DNA of 62,599 nucleotides, counting the filler, from Rhabdomonas costata (lineage: Eukaryota), in the NCBI GenBank assembly GCA_019059605.1. It is 41 parts of 41 records of this genome, joined end to end, with 100 filler letters (N's around TTAATTAATTAA, not from the genome) between each part and the next. Parts side by side here need not be neighbours in the genome. Positions count along the whole stretch, not along the records: positions 58,112 to 59,540 come from JAHMHO010016192.1; positions 59,641 to 61,069 come from JAHMHO010016193.1; positions 61,170 to 62,599 come from JAHMHO010016194.1; 38 more parts are not named here. One strand, 5' to 3'. Positions 58,670 through 62,599 of this stretch are shown in pieces. Position numbers and translations under genes: made by a program. The notes beneath the pieces are model-generated. The model ran no database searches, was not told where the DNA came from, and saw only the letters and a list, made by a program, of their open reading frames with translations. Position 1 is the stretch's first letter; the number at the start of each line of letters is the position of its first letter.

Positions 58670-59540
58670 GAATACCGACTCCCCAGTTCGAGGAAGCCCA
58701 GGTGACCATCAATGTAATTCGGGATACGGTAGTCTCTGAGGAGCTTTTCGAAGTATCATGTCCCGAGTGTGGGGGCCCAACGCGAACCACAAGGAAAGCG
58801 ATGCACGTGGTTCTGGCATTTCCTGAGAAGCCAGCACAGAGAAACCGTGAAGACCCTGACCGGGCGAAGGAAGTGGGGGAACCGCAGTTCAGCCCCAGAG
58901 GAGGAAGCAACCGGTGGAAGCGGTCGCACCGTGGGGACGCTCCCTCGGAACATTGGTGGGAACAAGTTTCCGTCAAAGAAGCAAGCGCCCGGTTTTTTGT
59001 GATATGAAGAATCCAGAGAGCGGCCAAAGCATGTTCAAAAACGTCCAAACGCCCAGCAGGGCTTTGAAGATGGAGCATTCCAAATAGTATACCCCTGGAT
59101 GAGTCGGATGGGAGGATCGGGCTGGAGGTGGAGATTACAGAACGACATCTGTTGGAAGAAAGTGCAGAACTAGCTCAGAGGGAGGGGTGCAAGCGAGCAA
59201 CCAGTGGGAAACCCAGTGGGATGCAGAGGGAGGAACGTTGGAGGGGTGTGCCATTCAGCGGTGAGTCAGACTCGGGAGCAATGGAAGAATCGGAAAGAGC
59301 CAGGCTCATCGCGTGAAGAGGATAAGTCGTAAAGCTCAGGTGTGTCAGAATGGAATTACACAAAGTTTGAAAAATGCGTTGGCGCGGCAGCAGGAGAGGC
59401 GCAAACCTCAGCGGATGGCAGAAGCGCAGAAGTCCTTCTGCGAAGCGCTGGGAGTGTATCATAACGCCTCGTCAGCAGCGATAAGAGCTACGTATAGACG
59501 CCTGGCGCTGAATTGCCACCCCGATATATTCCCACCAGAA
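58670..59540 (+). pseudogene. Decayed intronless ORF with a CxxC motif and a DnaJ J-domain, downstream of the DsbA donor
   Basis: SCPECGG at about 58756-58776; stops and frame changes; then SFCEALGVYHNASSAAIRATYRRLALNCHPD (J-domain helices with the HPD motif) at about 59430-59525. Confidence 0.55.
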
Positions 59541-60611
59541 NNNNNNNNNNNNNNNNNNNNNNNNNNNNNNNNNNNNNNNNNNNNTTAATTAATTAANNNN
59601 NNNNNNNNNNNNNNNNNNNNNNNNNNNNNNNNNNNNNNNNGTTTTTGGGGGATACAAAGCAAGGGGAGAAGATGTCCCACTTACGTTCAATTATAATTTT
59701 CCCTCTATATTTGTTTGCGAAGTTCAACAGATTCGCTTGTAATGAAGCCCATTTTTCAGACAAATCAGGCGATTATTGCATTTTTTCCAGGACTAAAGAG
59801 AGTTTGGCTCATTTCATATCAAACAATGATAATTTTCGGCACCAACCGCTTCTGCGGGCTCACCCTTTGACACTCTAAGACGTAATGGGTGGGACGTTAG
59901 AGAGTCTAACAGCGCTGCTCAACACGTCATTGTCAGCCAATACCTCGCAGCATTTGGCCTCATTTCAAAAGCAAATAGAACCAACGCAGCTTCAGCTCCA
60001 AATACCACGCGTGAGATATACAAACATGTTCACAAACGCAAGTAAGCGCATGGAGAGCAGAAAAATATGATCAGCAAAACGTGGTTGTGGTGCAGGAAGT
60101 GAAAGAAAACATCACCTGAGGCCATAAGGACGTCCTCTGATCTTTCACAGCACAGAAAAGCGCGACACGAACATTGTAAACATAACAGGGGTAAAAAAAA
60201 GCTGAGAATATAAATCAGTTACGCACCCCCTCTCCCCGACCCATCGCCGCTCGCAAGATGGAACCCTCACTGCCGCAAAAGCATCCAGAAAAGCAGTTCG
60301 CTCGAATGTGCTGTGAAGACTATAACTCTTCCCTAACCCGCAAATCTTCCCGCCCTGCCTACCTACCAGTCATAAATGGCTGTTGTCCCCGCTTGATGTG
60401 GGAGGCTGTCCACGGCGGTGCAGTGTAGTAGAGGGTGCCCTTGTTTGGCTTGAAACAGAAACGTATAAGGAGTTGATGGATGGTGGATCCAGTGTTATCT
60501 AGTGCAGCCACCTACACCCCAAAAGCCACCAATGCAAAATTATAGGAAAGGGTTTGACCACACCACAACAAAACGACTCCAGTGCTTTCAGGCTGCAAAA
60601 AGTGGGCGCGA

Positions 60612-60790
60612 GCGCGCACACGAACACACACACACACACGCTTAGTACTTGGCGAAGACAAATTTCTTCTGGAGAAAGGTCGAGGTCACACACATGAGAC
60701 TGAGTGTCTGAGGTGTGGTCACGCATTCACGCACGCAAGCACGCGACCACGCACGCACGCACACACACACACACACACAGAGATACAGTG
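60612..60790. repeat. (CA)n / (CACG)n microsatellite-rich tract
   Basis: Visible CA and CACG runs at about 60625-60640 and 60728-60780. Confidence 0.85.
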
Positions 60791-61892
60791 ATACGGGCAG
60801 CCGCTCTTTCCCTCCGCTCAAGGCAAACACCACCATGCAGGCACGCACGTGGGAGCGAAAACACTCAGAGCGGGTGCAGCAGAGCAAAGGAACAACAGAA
60901 TCACGAATACGCAGAATAACGGATACAACATACCCGTCGTGGACACTATAAAACCTCCACCTCGGTGAGGCACTTGAAGCACTTGAAAGCATACGCTCTC
61001 GTAACAACGCACATCAATTTCCGAACACCAATTATTTAGTCACTCCGAGACTCCCGACACAGCATGTGTNNNNNNNNNNNNNNNNNNNNNNNNNNNNNNN
61101 NNNNNNNNNNNNNTTAATTAATTAANNNNNNNNNNNNNNNNNNNNNNNNNNNNNNNNNNNNNNNNNNNNGGTTTGTTGGGTTTCCGCTGCCTCTTTTCAT
61201 CCTTTAATCGCAGTCTACTGCCGGGCCCCTCTGCCTTTCTTTGCTTTCTTGTCCTCGACCCATGAGCTGTCATATTGGGGGGGGGGGCTGTAGTAAGCAA
61301 CAATGTGACTCGGGGGAGCGAGGCCGTCCTTGTTCCCCCTGGCGGTGGCCCTTTCTTTTTCATCCCTCCTGTTCGCTTGCGCCGCTGCTTCCTCTCGCAG
61401 CCTGAGGGTTTGATTTGGCGCCCACAACGTGCCAGGAAAGGGGAACCCCGCAGATGCACGGTCCCTGTATTCCGAGGTTGGTTCATTGGGGACCCGCAGC
61501 AACAGAAGGCAGAGGAGAAAAAAAAAAGAGAGAACTCACCAGACGATGTCAGTCGTATTGTCACGGGTTGTCATGATTAACCCCGGAGGGTAATCGCTTA
61601 ACAGACGACTTGAGGATGTAGGCCGCTGGACAAAACCAGGAAAACTGTGCACCGAATCTTCTATTCGAATTTCACGGGTGCCGTGAAACTGGTCAGTGCA
61701 AACCTTCCCTTTCCCTTCGCCATAATTTCAGTTTTCTAATTCTATTTTGACGAACAGACCTTTCCATACTCACCATGTACTCATCACGTCATGCGCAACT
61801 GAGCCCTCACGGCCACTTCGGTTGTTTCCTCTTTCGGCGCAGTTGCCGGCCGTTCATAATGTCGCTCACCCTTCCCTCCTCCTCATGCACAG

Positions 61893-62126
61893 TGCCACCG
61901 GTGCAGATCTCCGGAGCCTCCGTGTTCAGTGACATCTACCTGGTGAAAGGGGTTTCCATGGGCCGCCCGGTGTATCAGGGCTGGTCTACGGGAATCCTGC
62001 TGTTCTATGCCAATGCAGCGGGCTTTGGGCAGTGGTGTTTGGGCACCAGTCTTTCCTACTGCGCCGCCTCCATCGCCGATCAGGCGCTGTCTGCAGACCT
62101 GATCACTAACAAAGTCCTCGCCCAGG
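61893..62126 (+). CDS. Exon encoding an extracellular-type beta-rich module
   Basis: VQISGASVFSDIYLVKGVSMGRPVYQG...LLFY....GQWCLG...CAASIADQALSADLI follows the 'Y...G...GRPVY...L.Y...W..G...D.A..P..I' module seen in protist surface proteins; AG/GT-bounded. Confidence 0.55.
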
Positions 62127-62599
62127 GTCGAAGAAGAGGGTCCATCTCTCTTGTAACGTACGGTATGTGCACCCGGGTTCGCCGAAATGTAGCCTTTTTT
62201 TTCTGTGGTGGCTACTCCTTCGTTCCAACCAAATGCACGCGAAGCGAGAACAAAAGGGCAAAAGCAACGTCCTCAGCGAAGTACAAAAACCTGCATACGA
62301 CATCAAACGTACAAAGTGTCATGTGCGGATTGGTTTCTATCACGAATGCACACAAGAACTGCGCAAGACGGACGCCACGCATACAGACCTTGGCCTTCTG
62401 CTTTGCCTTGGCTCCCATCACGCTCTCTTTGTAAAGAATATGTCCTTTTACTCATTTAAGCTTTTCTTTTGCTTTTATCAGCTAACCGATGGGAAATTCC
62501 ATCCTAACTATGGCGCCGCCTCCGTTGTCCTCATCAAGTGATGAAAAGACGGTTGAGGGCCTATGGGTTTTGTCAAAACAAAAAGAGTACACCCCAAAA

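Overview
This window is not one locus. It is 41 unrelated contigs of about 1.43 kb joined by 100-nt artificial spacers (N-run, TTAATTAATTAA, N-run), so nothing can be inferred from adjacency across spacers. Most contigs start G/T-only and end A/C-only, and several end in fold-back hairpins, which points to a whole-genome-amplified (low-input or single-cell) assembly. The DNA is eukaryotic nuclear sequence with GC-rich exons and 100-600 nt spliceosomal introns. IFT172 (flagellum), unusual GTNY-type donors and euglenid spliced-leader-like motifs suggest a euglenozoan, probably a euglenid; this is inference. Recognisable gene fragments: IGHMBP2-type helicase, RecQ (with a GC-AG intron), ABCD transporter, PAS and Cache-like sensor proteins, a GNL3/Grn1 N-terminal-domain ORF, IFT172, HAP2/GCS1 gamete fusogen, TPR proteins, an amino-acid permease, Tpt1, an O-fucosyltransferase-like GT and a DsbA/FrnE protein. 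There are also decayed CRE-like, Penelope-like and APE-LINE-like retroelements. Best leads: (1) a tandem spliced-leader-like array at 4372-4442 whose second copy starts exactly after the leader's internal AG position, the signature of mRNA recycling known from dinoflagellates; (2) two spliceable exons of HAP2/GCS1; (3) an intronless C1 / F-box / GON-domain fusion protein. All protein assignments come from motif recognition by eye, not database searches.
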